This document shows, in pieces, positions 16,218 to 25,309 of a stretch of 43,689 nucleotides of DNA (the first letter of the stretch is position 1; each line of letters begins with the position of its first letter). Made by a program: the position numbers and the translations under genes. Under the pieces are notes generated by a model, which saw nothing but the letters and a program-made list of their open reading frames with translations, was not told where the DNA came from and ran no database searches. Origin of the DNA: a virus (Duplodnaviria; Heunggongvirae; Uroviricota; Caudoviricetes); the IMG/VR virus record IMGVR_UViG_3300045988_038444, positions 1 through 43,689 of that record; one strand, 5' to 3'.

Positions 16218-16397
16218 ATGGCTACTTTCATCATTCTTTTCTTAATCGCTGCTGTATATCTGATCCCAGCACTCATCGCGATTAACGTTAAACATAAACA
16301 ACAAACAGCAATTATTTTACTTAACATCTTTGCGGGTTGGACATTCGTCGGTTGGTTAGGTGCGTTAATCTGGTCTGTGTTAAAAAGCGACAAATAA
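16218..16397 (+). CDS. Superinfection immunity (Imm-like) small membrane protein (59 aa)
   Basis: MATFIILFLIAAVYLIPALIAI...FAGWTFVGWLGALIWSV matches the Imm/PF14373-like pattern. GGAGAG SD. The track's minus ORF 16211..16393 is its shadow. Confidence 0.55.
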   Translation: MATFIILFLIAAVYLIPALIAINVKHKQQTAIILLNIFAGWTFVGWLGALIWSVLKSDK

Positions 16398-16398
16398 G

Positions 16399-17310
16399 AT
16401 GAGTAGGAAACGTTTAACCACAGAAGAGTTTATCACGCGTGCCCGTGAAGTTCATGGGCACAAATACGATTACTCACTAGTGGAGTATTTGAATTGGCGC
16501 ACACCTGTGAAAATCATCTGTCCTATACATGGAGTGTTTGAACAAATTCCTAATAATCATTTAAAAGGACGCAAGTGTTTATTCTGTGCAGGAAATCAAC
16601 AATCAAATACCAATGAATTTATCACAAGGGGGCGCGAAGTTCATGGGGGTAAGTATGGTTATTCGTTGGTGAAATATAAAGACTCTCGGACCAAAGTGAA
16701 AATCATTTGTCCAATACACGGAATGTTTGAACAACGTCCATATAGTCACTTGCAGCAAAAAGCAGGTTGCCCACAATGTGCTTGGGAACAATTGTCTGAA
16801 CAAAGACGTTTATCCGCCGAAGAATTCATTACTCGTGCTCGCGAAGTTCACGGGGACCGTTACGACTATTCGTTGGTGGAGTATGTTAACAATTCCACCC
16901 CTGTAAAAATTATTTGTTCAGAACACGGTGTGTTTGAACAGACACCGGGCAATCACACATTTATGAAAGCTGGCTGTCCCCAGTGCGCTGAAACAGGTTT
17001 TAATCCGTCAGAACCCGGCACGTTATATGTACTCGCTGATGATAAACAGTATCCCACTCTGATTAAAATTGGTATTACAAACGACTTAAAACAGCGACTA
17101 CGACAACTACAACGACGAACTCCGCATCTTGTGGTTAAACTTGTATCGTATCCGTTCCCACATGGCGCTGACGCTTACAAACTGGAACAAGAGGTACACA
17201 AGGTCTTTCACGAACTTAATGCGCGTCTCAAAGGCTTTGACGGTGCTACAGAGTGGTTTAAATACTCTCCTGCAATCCTCGATTACATAAATGAAAAAGC
17301 CCGGAACTAA
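16399..17310 (+). CDS. Homing-endonuclease-like protein HE-1: three N-terminal ~60-aa zinc-ribbon repeats + C-terminal T5orf172/GIY-YIG-like domain
   Basis: Three repeats of EEFITRAREVHGxKYDYSLVEY...KIICPIHGVFEQ...GCPQC. C-terminal GTLYVLADDKQYPTLIKIGITNDLKQRLRQLQRR. Inserted between the G/G-T chaperone genes and the tape measure. Confidence 0.6.
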   Translation: MSRKRLTTEEFITRAREVHGHKYDYSLVEYLNWRTPVKIICPIHGVFEQIPNNHLKGRKCLFCAGNQQSNTNEFITRGREVHGGKYGYSLVKYKDSRTKVKIICPIHGMFEQRPYSHLQQKAGCPQCAWEQLSEQRRLSAEEFITRAREVHGDRYDYSLVEYVNNSTPVKIICSEHGVFEQTPGNHTFMKAGCPQCAETGFNPSEPGTLYVLADDKQYPTLIKIGITNDLKQRLRQLQRRTPHLVVKLVSYPFPHGADAYKLEQEVHKVFHELNARLKGFDGATEWFKYSPAILDYINEKARN

Positions 17311-17330
17311 CCGGGCTTATGTTTATTTTT
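17297..17330 (+). terminator. Rho-independent terminator after HE-1
   Basis: Hairpin AAGCCCGGAACTAACCGGGCTT followed by a T-rich run. Confidence 0.6.
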
Positions 17331-18025
17331 CTTCATCTCGACAACACGTGCAGACCGCAATGCTGTTAACAATTTCCATAGGAACTGTACATCAACGTTG
17401 TACACCCGTGCGTAACGTTCACAGGCAACCCAATCACTATTTATCAAATCAAGATAAGCATACCAATAAAAAACAGCATCAGGTCGCAATTCAGGACGTT
17501 TCTGTACAACAACCGGAACAGATATACCACGTGCAGCCGCCCCTTGTGTAACCCAGTCCAGGTCGTCCCCGTCTGTCTTATCGTTCCACAAGAGGAAGTC
17601 GATCAGTTTTTTTCAATCTGTTTTTCCCATTCGTCCTGGAAGAATGCGGAATTAATTGCGAACTGAATAACACGGCTGTAGATCACCTGACCAAAACGTT
17701 CATCACTTAACAATTCAATAGCTTCTTCGACACTGAATGGTTCCGGTTTGTCATCTTCACCAATCAGTTTCCAGTCCAGCATAAGAACGTTAGCCACAAA
17801 CTTAACACCTTCTGGTGTATATTCCTGATTCCACAGTTTTTCAAAGAAGTTTTCAGACAACACACCGTTCTGTTTTACATAGTCCGCGACTGTTACGTTA
17901 TATACCTGGTTAGCGGTGTTCAGGTTCAACACGGTGATACTGAAATTTTCATTTAAAATCAGTTCAGCAGAAGACTTCAGCACCAGTGGAGAAAGTGCTT
18001 TTTTCAGATGGTCAAACTTTGACAT
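17307..18025 (-). CDS. Tail assembly chaperone G-T fusion via programmed -1 frameshift at AAAAAAC (~17606-17612)
   Basis: The -1 frame after the heptamer runs KKLIDFLLWNDKTDGDD... to 17307. This matches the canonical G/GT arrangement. Confidence 0.5.
17603..18025 (-). CDS. Tail assembly chaperone G
   Basis: 140-aa acidic protein upstream of the tape-measure region. It ends at a slippery A AAA AAC (plus strand 17606-17612) just before its stop. Confidence 0.55.
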   Translation of the reverse strand: MSKFDHLKKALSPLVLKSSAELILNENFSITVLNLNTANQVYNVTVADYVKQNGVLSENFFEKLWNQEYTPEGVKFVANVLMLDWKLIGEDDKPEPFSVEEAIELLSDERFGQVIYSRVIQFAINSAFFQDEWEKQIEKN

Positions 18026-18090
18026 GGTTTTTTTACCTTTTATGTAGTAGACGATTAGATAGTAATAGTTCTGTACAAATTACGCAAGAG

Positions 18091-18133
18091 ATTTAAAATA
18101 ATTCTTGACGAATTACATCTGTTAAGGTATCTT
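18091..18133 (+). promoter_or_regulatory. Early promoter copy P2 (-35 TTGACG 18105-18110, -10 TATCTT)
   Basis: Conserved element ATTTAAAATAATTCTTGACGAATTACA. Confidence 0.7.
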
Positions 18134-18165
18134 TAACTCAACGAAACGAACTGAGGGTAAGAGGG

Positions 18166-18789
18166 ATGGCGATTATTAACATGGGTTGGCATAGTTCTGT
18201 TTTTGAAGGAAATGTTAAACTCCTGGAAGGGGCATATAGTCCTATCCATCGTAATGATATTGGTGGCGATTACCCACCATCTTATTTTCTATACGAAACT
18301 GATCATGGGTGCTGTATCAAAGAACGTGAACGTAACGGTTACCATGATTCAGATTTTGAAATGTTAATATGGAACCCTGAAACAAAAAAGCGCTTCATGG
18401 TATACATTTGCAACTACCCGTGGTTGGTGTTATCCATGCTATGGTTCACGCCCAGATGCAACACCAGAAGTTTTAGAAGCATATAATATTTATGAACAAC
18501 AGCAAGAGGAAAAACGGCAACGTTATTGCAAAATAAAAAGAGTAAACAAGCAACGCAAACTGAACGCACAGTTTAGATTAATAGTACGTGAATTTGGTGT
18601 TGATCGCGAACAAGTTGAAAAACTTTATAAATTATATCACCCAGATATGTTCCCTGTATTTTGTAAACTTCTTAACAGTAATTTACGTTCTGATTTCCGT
18701 AAAAGTTTACGTAAACAACTAGTTGATTGGTTAAAAGGGAACGGTAAGTACGATAAACCATTTTCACCTAAACAAATTCAGTATTTATG
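18166..18789 (+). pseudogene. Split gene: N-terminal ORF 18166..18486 and a +1-frame continuation open 18368..18789, junction at an A6 run (18384-18389)
   Basis: Second frame open for ~140 codons with no ATG and ending 3 nt before the terminator; the two frames overlap only around gaaacAAAAAAgcgc. Confidence 0.4.
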
Positions 18790-18792
18790 AAT

Positions 18793-18819
18793 AAAAAAGC
18801 CCCGGTTTAACGCCGGGGC
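18793..18819 (-). terminator. Rho-independent terminator, strongest on the minus strand (after the major tail protein gene)
   Basis: Hairpin GCCCCGGTTTAACGCCGGGGC with an A6 run on the plus side, which is a U-run on the minus strand. Confidence 0.6.
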
Positions 18820-18839
18820 AACCACTACCAACCACCATG

Positions 18840-20297
18840 TCATGCTGTAGGCAGATATGGGAACAAGCTGAACCCAATCATAAAACCGATCGACTCTTCT
18901 TCGTGGGCGTTACCGCTAACAGTGACTTTCACTTTTTCGCCCGTCACAAGGTTTTTGGAACCGTCGCCCAGTGTCATCGCAGGAATGTTAACCACGATTG
19001 CACCGTCACCGTTTACCCCGGCAAGTTCGAAGTTGACTGTTGCGTTGTTACGGATCGCAGCCAGTACAGCACCGTCTGTCATCACCGTTTCAGTTTCCAT
19101 TGTGATTTCCAGGTTACCGATGTTGGTAAACGCAGCACCCATCACGCCCAGCACGTTTTCACCTGACACGTTGTTATTCACGGTGACAGTAACGTCTTTC
19201 AGGAACGTACTGAGTCCACTATCATCGATCCCGGTCAGTCGTACACGGTTCAGGTTCGTTACGGTGTTGTACGCTTCGTTAGCCACGAATTCAACATACC
19301 CGGAACCCGGCAGCGCGGTTTCTGACGGTGCTGATAAATCCTGTGCTACAAACGTCAGATCCATTGTCATTTTTTCAGTCAACGGTGCGTTGATCGTCAT
19401 CTGGTTTGCAGCTACAGCACGCGCATATTCATAAATAACAGGTGTCGTGTTGTAACGTACTTCCATTGTGTATTCAGTTTTAACGAACTCTGCAGAGTCA
19501 ACAGGAACGTTTCGAACAAAACTGGAAACAAATAAACGTACAGTTTTACCCGTACCTTCTTCAGTGGTGAATTCACTGTTAGCGAGAGTCAGAATATGAT
19601 CACCAACCATAGTCACACGGGCCATTTTACTGGTTACGGACTGTGTTAGACCATCAATATAAACATACTGTCCCGGTACTAAACCCAGTGTGGAAAAATC
19701 CAGGGTGGTAGACGTCAACTGACCATTACTGTTAACAGCGATTTCACCAGACGCTGCAGCATGCCCCACGAGATATAAACGAGCTTCAGCAGGCGGTGAC
19801 GCTTCGGCACTAAGCCCTGACACGTTGATAGCAGTAGTGGTACTATCAGCGCCTACAGTTTTCAAACCGTTGTTTGCAGCCAGTGTAAAACCTGTCGCAT
19901 AAACAAGAGCACCTTTAGGTAATGCCGCATCAAGAGTAGTAACGTTATAAGCATCAGCGCCAACACTGGTAACGTCAATATCAATTGCACCAGCACCGAC
20001 CCATTTACTATAAAGGAATCCGTCACCCCAGTAGCGGAACGTATCAAGTGTCAGGTCTGTCTGAAAGCCCGGTGCAACTTCAACGTTAGTTACCGTGCCT
20101 TTACGTGCAGATCGGTCCGTACTGATCGGTGTACGCTGAGTCTTTGTAATATCAGCACTGTAAGAACTGATTTCATTCGGTTGTTGAACCGTCCAGGGTG
20201 TACCAAAAACAGGTTCACAGACTTTTGCCACACTGAGTCGTGTTGCGTTTACATCAGTCGCAGGTGTTTGCGAACATTTAAAAATTGATTCAGCCAT
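18840..20297 (-). CDS. Major tail (tube) protein, 485 aa, with a C-terminal extra (Ig-like?) domain
   Basis: Abundant Thr/Val-rich beta protein at the position between the tail completion protein and the chaperones. Confidence 0.6.
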   Translation of the reverse strand: MAESIFKCSQTPATDVNATRLSVAKVCEPVFGTPWTVQQPNEISSYSADITKTQRTPISTDRSARKGTVTNVEVAPGFQTDLTLDTFRYWGDGFLYSKWVGAGAIDIDVTSVGADAYNVTTLDAALPKGALVYATGFTLAANNGLKTVGADSTTTAINVSGLSAEASPPAEARLYLVGHAAASGEIAVNSNGQLTSTTLDFSTLGLVPGQYVYIDGLTQSVTSKMARVTMVGDHILTLANSEFTTEEGTGKTVRLFVSSFVRNVPVDSAEFVKTEYTMEVRYNTTPVIYEYARAVAANQMTINAPLTEKMTMDLTFVAQDLSAPSETALPGSGYVEFVANEAYNTVTNLNRVRLTGIDDSGLSTFLKDVTVTVNNNVSGENVLGVMGAAFTNIGNLEITMETETVMTDGAVLAAIRNNATVNFELAGVNGDGAIVVNIPAMTLGDGSKNLVTGEKVKVTVSGNAHEEESIGFMIGFSLFPYLPTA

Positions 20298-20330
20298 TGT
20301 TCTAAGCCTCGTTTGATTGCAATCATTCGT

Positions 20331-20340
20331 AGTTTAATAT
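20331..20340 (-). promoter_or_regulatory. Candidate late promoter -10 (TATATTAAACT) about 34 nt upstream of the major tail protein ATG
   Basis: TAAACT lies at the same distance from the ATG as in the TerL and tape-measure upstream regions, but the CCCGTG part is absent. Confidence 0.25.
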
Positions 20341-20759
20341 ATTTCTTCGTATTCGTAACTAAGTACGACGTTCGTTAAAAACCACGCGTTATCACGACCC
20401 TGATGACGAATATCAACACTCGTGTAAATTAACGGGCGGTCCTGCCAGACACCTTCAAATAATTTTGCAAGCCGATCCGCAATATCAATACTCAAAGTGT
20501 CCATGCCATACTGAGCAGGTGTGCGTACCTGTAAAAAAACGTTTCCTGTTCTTAAACGACGACGACAAACACCTTCCCCACCCAGCGTGGTTATTGTCCA
20601 CGGACCGGGATTGTGTGTCAGAATCAGACCGGGTTTTTCTGTAGTGTCATCAGGGAGTTGACCAGAAGCGATTGTAAATCTGTCAGGCGTAATTTCCACG
20701 GGGAGATTCGCCAGAACGCGATTATAAACAATTCCTGAAACATCTGAGAGTGTCATCAC
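20334..20759 (-). CDS. Tail completion / tail terminator protein (SPP1 gp17-like, DUF3168-like pattern)
   Basis: 141-aa protein with IVYNRVLANLPVEITPDRF...P, at the synteny position. Confidence 0.4.
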   Translation of the reverse strand: MMTLSDVSGIVYNRVLANLPVEITPDRFTIASGQLPDDTTEKPGLILTHNPGPWTITTLGGEGVCRRRLRTGNVFLQVRTPAQYGMDTLSIDIADRLAKLFEGVWQDRPLIYTSVDIRHQGRDNAWFLTNVVLSYEYEEIY

Positions 20760-21184
20760 TGATTAAACCTCACCATTATTCCGGCTTTTAATATAGCACG
20801 TTCGACAAACCCGGAAGGTGTCTGTGTACTGCTACCACCATTGAGAACCCCAATGTAAGGAACGTTGTTAGTAATATGCAGTTCCTGACCATTAACTTTA
20901 ATACTGCTGATAGTGACTGTATCCTGTTCGATACGTGCTTTACTGGCTTCAACATTACCTGTTGGTGTATCAGGACTATTAGCGGGTTGCCCCTGATCGA
21001 ACCACCAGTTGTTGCTTGCCCAGCCACTCAATATTGGTGTACCATCAGGAGGCTCACTTATGAGTATGTTACGTAGTGTTAAAACATATCTAATGACTTG
21101 ACGATCCGTAAAATCTTGTAAGTCGGCTTTTATGTCTTTAAACACTCCAGTAATACGATTTATATCATTGATTTTGCTAGTCAT
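20756..21184 (-). CDS. Head-tail joining protein (HK97 gp10-like)
   Basis: Start trimmed to ATG 21184 to avoid overlap with the divergent HE-2; contains ISEPPDGTPILSGWASNNWW. Confidence 0.4.
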   Translation of the reverse strand: MTSKINDINRITGVFKDIKADLQDFTDRQVIRYVLTLRNILISEPPDGTPILSGWASNNWWFDQGQPANSPDTPTGNVEASKARIEQDTVTISSIKVNGQELHITNNVPYIGVLNGGSSTQTPSGFVERAILKAGIMVRFNQ

Positions 21185-21206
21185 TGACAAACCTAAAGGT
21201 AGAAAA

Positions 21207-22103
21207 ATGGGCGGTAAAAGACTAACCAAAGAACAACTAGAGCATAACATAAAAGATATTTGTCAATCAAAAAATTACAAATTTATAAAATGGAAAGACG
21301 GGTTTAAAAACAAAGAATCACGAATTATTTTATCTTGTGTTACACACGGGGAATGGGACACTAAATGTTATCATTTTTTGAATGGTTCTGGTTGTCCGAT
21401 CTGTGGTGGAACACGAACCACAAAAGGGTTAAGAATTGCACAGATTAAAGACAGTTTAACAAATTCTAAATCAAAGTTTATTAAATTTAAAACTAATTTT
21501 CAAAATGGAAATTCTGTTTGTTTGCTGAGCTGTATTGATCATGGTGGATGGGAGACAACAGTCAATAGACTAATCTTTACATCTGTTGATTGCCCGTTGT
21601 GTATAACGAATAGACAGAAAACTAAACAAGAACGAGAAATTGAAATAACAAATAGATGTAAAGAAACAGGGTTGTTTTTTAATAAGATATTCGACGAACA
21701 TCCGACATGGAAATCTAAAATATCATTAAAGTGTTCAACGCATGGTGATTTTGTTACAACAATTAATTCTTTTCTTAGTAAACAAAAAGGTTGTCCAAAC
21801 TGTAGTAAAACAGGGTTTAAAGCTGGTAAGTATGCAACACTTTATGTCTTGCGGTCCACATGCGGTCGTTACGTTAAAATAGGTATCAGTAATTGTGTAG
21901 AGCAAAGAATTAATACACTTCGTAGAAAAACACCATTTGATTTTCAAGTAATAGAAAAATTGAATGGACACGGGGCAACCATTCGTTCACTTGAAAAAGA
22001 TTTTCATTCTCATTTTGAATCTGCAGGATTAACCGGGTTCGATGGTTGTACAGAGTGGTTAAAATGGAATCCAAATATAACCACTCTGATACGGATGTTA
22101 TAG
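21207..22103 (+). CDS. Homing-endonuclease-like protein HE-2: three CxxHG...CPxC zinc ribbons + C-terminal T5orf172/GIY-YIG-like domain
   Basis: CVTHGEWDT..GCPICGG, CIDHGGWET..DCPLC and CSTHGDFVT..GCPNC. C-terminal ATLYVLRSTCGRYVKIGISNCVEQRINTLRRK...FDGCTEWLKWNPNITTLIRML. Start trimmed to ATG 21207. Confidence 0.6.
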   Translation: MGGKRLTKEQLEHNIKDICQSKNYKFIKWKDGFKNKESRIILSCVTHGEWDTKCYHFLNGSGCPICGGTRTTKGLRIAQIKDSLTNSKSKFIKFKTNFQNGNSVCLLSCIDHGGWETTVNRLIFTSVDCPLCITNRQKTKQEREIEITNRCKETGLFFNKIFDEHPTWKSKISLKCSTHGDFVTTINSFLSKQKGCPNCSKTGFKAGKYATLYVLRSTCGRYVKIGISNCVEQRINTLRRKTPFDFQVIEKLNGHGATIRSLEKDFHSHFESAGLTGFDGCTEWLKWNPNITTLIRML

Positions 22104-22481
22104 TTATACCGCTCCAACAGGATGAATAAATGCCATATCATCCCCTAACAATCGTGGGTTTTGACGATCAAGAAGGCGATATTCTTTACCACGTTCATCA
22201 ACCACAACATCACCCCGATCAGGAACAAATCGTGGTTCAAAACTCTGACTATCCATAATTACCATCGTTGTGGTTATTCTGGTCATAGTAGTCGGATCCC
22301 ACTTTTCTAATGGGTAAATATAACCACGACACGTATGCGATTCAGTAACGGTTGTACCCGGTAATGTAGGATTAGACGGGTTGGGAACTGTTATCACACG
22401 TTTTACCGTCAAATCCTCACCTACTTCAGCAAGTGCACGAGTAACACCTTTCAGGACACTTTGACGTTTGTCTGCCATCAC
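22104..22481 (-). CDS. Head closure / head-tail adaptor protein (putative)
   Basis: 125-aa protein in the connector module; called on synteny only. Confidence 0.35.
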   Translation of the reverse strand: MMADKRQSVLKGVTRALAEVGEDLTVKRVITVPNPSNPTLPGTTVTESHTCRGYIYPLEKWDPTTMTRITTTMVIMDSQSFEPRFVPDRGDVVVDERGKEYRLLDRQNPRLLGDDMAFIHPVGAV

Positions 22482-22888
22482 CGTTCACCCTCGTTAAGTG
22501 CACGACCACCGCTTTCAAGTGTTACAGGTGGGTTGTCGAACTGACCACGTTGAATAGCAGGTTGCATACCAGCGCCAGTTAATGTAGCTCCACCAACACC
22601 CATAAAACTACCTAACAAACCGCCACCTGAATCAGCGCCAGTATTAATACGTAAAATAAAATCTTTTTTAAGTTTATTCCAGGCGTCTGCTGACTGACTA
22701 CTGCTGAGTGAGATCGGACCTACTTTAATGTCAGTATCGTTGCTGGCAATAGACGCCATATAATCACAGAGAGCGACGCAAATACTGAGAGGATTTGTAT
22801 AACCGTTGTCAATGTACCACTGAATTTGTTCATCAGTAACATCAGGGACACTGATCAAATAACGAATACCTTCAACTGTAATAGCCAT
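22478..22888 (-). CDS. Head-tail connector protein (putative)
   Basis: Start trimmed to ATG 22888 with AGGTGA SD; the track's N-terminal extension lacks an SD. Confidence 0.4.
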   Translation of the reverse strand: MAITVEGIRYLISVPDVTDEQIQWYIDNGYTNPLSICVALCDYMASIASNDTDIKVGPISLSSSQSADAWNKLKKDFILRINTGADSGGGLLGSFMGVGGATLTGAGMQPAIQRGQFDNPPVTLESGGRALNEGER

Positions 22889-22926
22889 GTGATCACCTGT
22901 GAGAAATGTTTTCGTTATATTAGCAC

Positions 22927-22952
22927 GAAAAAAAGCCGTCTTAAACAGACGG
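22927..22952 (-). terminator. Rho-independent terminator on the minus strand
   Basis: Hairpin GCCGTCTGTTTAAGACGGC followed by U7 when read on the minus strand. Confidence 0.65.
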
Positions 22953-23162
22953 CAAATGGCTCTGGGTGATAATGAGGGTTTTACATAACTGGTCATCCAC
23001 ACCTGACGTCCCAACATACCCCTATGCGTGACACGTGAATAACCAGTTATGTAAAACGACACGCAGTTCAGGATGTTTCACAACATGCTTTACCCACGAT
23101 TTGCGGCTTTCCCGCCAGCAAGATAAGGATCACCTCCTTATCAGCGAGTGTTTGGGTTGTGG

Positions 23163-23235
23163 CGGTTGGAATCGAACCAACTCCCATCGGTGCGATTCCA
23201 ACCGCAGTACGCGCAGCGGTCCGCTACATGACTAG
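23163..23235 (-). ncRNA. tRNA-like element: canonical T-arm (GGTTCGATTCC) within an 8-bp acceptor-like helix (GCGGTTGG...CCAACCGC-CA), plus an upstream D-arm-like stem containing GG
   Basis: Minus-strand RNA ...GCGGUUGGAAUCGCACCGAUGGGAGUUGGUUCGAUUCCAACCGCCA. No room for an anticodon arm could be found by eye. Confidence 0.25.
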
Positions 23236-23459
23236 TATTTTCACGGTCGCCTATCTGCTAGCTCGCCATTGAGCTTCACCACAACGGAAAGAGCACTGGA
23301 ACTTGGGCTGAGTATTACCGCATGTCTTTCGACTTCGAACCAAGGCTGACATTACCCAATGCTCTTACCTGTTATGTGCCGGTTACGTTTATCCGGCGTC
23401 TTTCGACCGATTAAGTGATAGTGTCTGCTATGCAGTTCTGTCACTGACTTAACAATAGG

Positions 23460-23813
23460 TCAAGAATAGTTATATGTCAAGCCTTGTGATTCACACCATT
23501 TAGCAGCGGCACTTTTACTACTAAACGATTCTGAATTCATCGGCATACCCATAACATAAACATTATAGGTTTTTGGCGCATCACGTCGGATTTCAGCCGC
23601 AGTGGTTGATGCCGATTCTTCGGTTGCTACAGTCACTGGTTCTTCAACGGTCGCAGTAGCTGGTTCAATGTGGCGCATACGCACAAGGGCGTTTAAAACA
23701 GCCGGGGTAGCTTTTGATGTTGATACTTTATCGCCAGCGGACATCTGTTTACCGTTCCACAGCATCGGACGGGTGAAAACATATTTCAGTGACGGATCAT
23801 ATGAATTACGCAT
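23460..23813 (-). CDS. Hypothetical structural-module protein (117 aa)
   Basis: Start trimmed to ATG 23813 with GAGGT SD, directly after the post-MCP terminator. Confidence 0.45.
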   Translation of the reverse strand: MRNSYDPSLKYVFTRPMLWNGKQMSAGDKVSTSKATPAVLNALVRMRHIEPATATVEEPVTVATEESASTTAAEIRRDAPKTYNVYVMGMPMNSESFSSKSAAAKWCESQGLTYNYS

Positions 23814-23830
23814 GATTTTAACCTCATGAA

Positions 23831-23858
23831 AAAAGGGGCAGCATAAGCCACCCCTTAA
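23831..23858 (-). terminator. Rho-independent terminator immediately after the major capsid gene (minus strand)
   Basis: Minus strand AAGGGGTGGCTTATGCTGCCCCTTTTTT. Confidence 0.6.
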
Positions 23859-23875
23859 TGATATCACAGTTGTTA

Positions 23876-24895
23876 TTAAACCGCGTCGTAGAACAGAACG
23901 CCCAGGTCAGGTGCAACCATCTGAACATCAATGGCAAATTCCGCTTCAACGAAATTACCACGACGGCCTTCGACACCCGGATAGGTACGGATAGACGGAC
24001 CGTTGTTAACGCCCAGACCGATGAACTCGTTCCACACGAAGCCCGCAGCCGCAACAGGTTTCATATTGCCAACAGTCGGTTCAACATAGTTGAGCATCAG
24101 CACACCAGTTTTAGCAAACCGGAAGTCTGACAGCGGATTGCCGTTACTGTCTTCAACGCCATCAGCAGCCATGTTGACCACAGACTGCATGATTTCCAGT
24201 TCGTCAACTTCCAGCAGTGCAGCCAGTGCCTGTTTAGTCACGATCCCAGGGTTCTGAGTGGTAGAACCACCGTTAATACGGTCAATAACAGCCGGGCTAC
24301 GGGTCAGTGCGTCATACACGTCCAGCGTCATCAGTGCTTTGTTCCAGCGACGACCACCGGATGCCAGAGAGAACGCAACACGACGTGACAGGATATCACC
24401 AATCGGATCGGCATTCGCATTAGACCATTTCAGGAATCCACCCGTGGACGGAGACGAGCCTTTACCCTGGAAATCAAGACCCCATTTACCAGCGGTCAGG
24501 AATTTTTCAGCAAAATCCACTTCTTTGTTGATCAGCAACGCATCTGTGGTTACTGCTGACGCTTCCATATCCAGTTGCTGACCGTTTTGAACGTTTGCAC
24601 GTTTTTTGTCAGAAATAAAGATACGGATCGCATCGTCATCAACGGTGTAACCCTGGTTTTTGGTTTTGTAACCAATAGTATTAGCAACACCATCTTCGGC
24701 ACGTTTGGAGTTAACCGGACGACCGAAATAACCTTTCGGGTAAGTCAGGAATTTACCAGCAGCCTGGTTAACAGGAACTACCGGGAAATAACGAGTACCG
24801 ACAAACAGTGACGTATCCTGCCAGTAACTTACAGAAAAGTTAGACAGGAATGTATCTGGTGCGCCAACGTCGCGAAAATTCTGTTTGTAACTCAT
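23876..24895 (-). CDS. Major capsid protein (lambda gpE-like size, 339 aa)
   Basis: Position after the decoration and scaffold genes, terminator immediately downstream, size and composition typical of gpE-type MCPs. Confidence 0.7.
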   Translation of the reverse strand: MSYKQNFRDVGAPDTFLSNFSVSYWQDTSLFVGTRYFPVVPVNQAAGKFLTYPKGYFGRPVNSKRAEDGVANTIGYKTKNQGYTVDDDAIRIFISDKKRANVQNGQQLDMEASAVTTDALLINKEVDFAEKFLTAGKWGLDFQGKGSSPSTGGFLKWSNANADPIGDILSRRVAFSLASGGRRWNKALMTLDVYDALTRSPAVIDRINGGSTTQNPGIVTKQALAALLEVDELEIMQSVVNMAADGVEDSNGNPLSDFRFAKTGVLMLNYVEPTVGNMKPVAAAGFVWNEFIGLGVNNGPSIRTYPGVEGRRGNFVEAEFAIDVQMVAPDLGVLFYDAV

Positions 24896-24898
24896 CGG

Positions 24899-25309
24899 TT
24901 ATGCTCCTTTAGAATACGGTGCAATAAGTAATGCGGTAACTACCTGGTCTTCTTCAGTGGCTGCAGTTTGAGAAATAGCCACGACCAGTTGTGTATCAGT
25001 AGCGGTCTGGAATCGTCCGTCAGCACCAACAGCAAGCTCAACACCTGTGTCGAACGTTGCAGCAGCTTTTACTGGTACGAATTTTTCTTTTTCGTTTACC
25101 AGGTCGAAGAATACACCAGCAGTGGCATCATCAACAGCTACACCGTCGATACGACCGTCAGCCGTTGGGAATTTGTATTTAGGTACACACTGGTTAGTGT
25201 CACCTAAACTGGTATCCAGAACAAGACCAACACCTGCCGAAATAGCCACGGATGCAACGGCACGGGTCGGGCGCTCATAGTTCCAGTAGATTTTGCTGTT
25301 CTTAGCCAT
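24899..25309 (-). CDS. Head decoration protein (gpD-like)
   Basis: 136-aa Ala/Thr/Gly-rich protein immediately upstream of the MCP. Confidence 0.5.
   Translation of the reverse strand: MAKNSKIYWNYERPTRAVASVAISAGVGLVLDTSLGDTNQCVPKYKFPTADGRIDGVAVDDATAGVFFDLVNEKEKFVPVKAAATFDTGVELAVGADGRFQTATDTQLVVAISQTAATEEDQVVTALLIAPYSKGA

Noticed and set aside
16211-16393. Track ORF 16211..16393 (minus strand, 60 aa)
   Set aside because: It is a shadow of the plus-strand Imm-like ORF 16218..16397, which has an SD, sits right after promoter P1 and matches a known family.
22889-23062. N-terminal extension of ORF 22478..23062 and plus-strand ORF 23035..23235
   Set aside because: The extension lacks an SD, whereas ATG 22888 has AGGTGA. 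The plus-strand ORF overlaps the tRNA-like element and the terminator and shows no coding features.
23163-23235. Calling a canonical tRNA gene
   Set aside because: No anticodon stem-loop can be placed between the D-like arm and the T-arm, and the acceptor and T stems compete for the same bases. It is kept only as a tRNA-like element.
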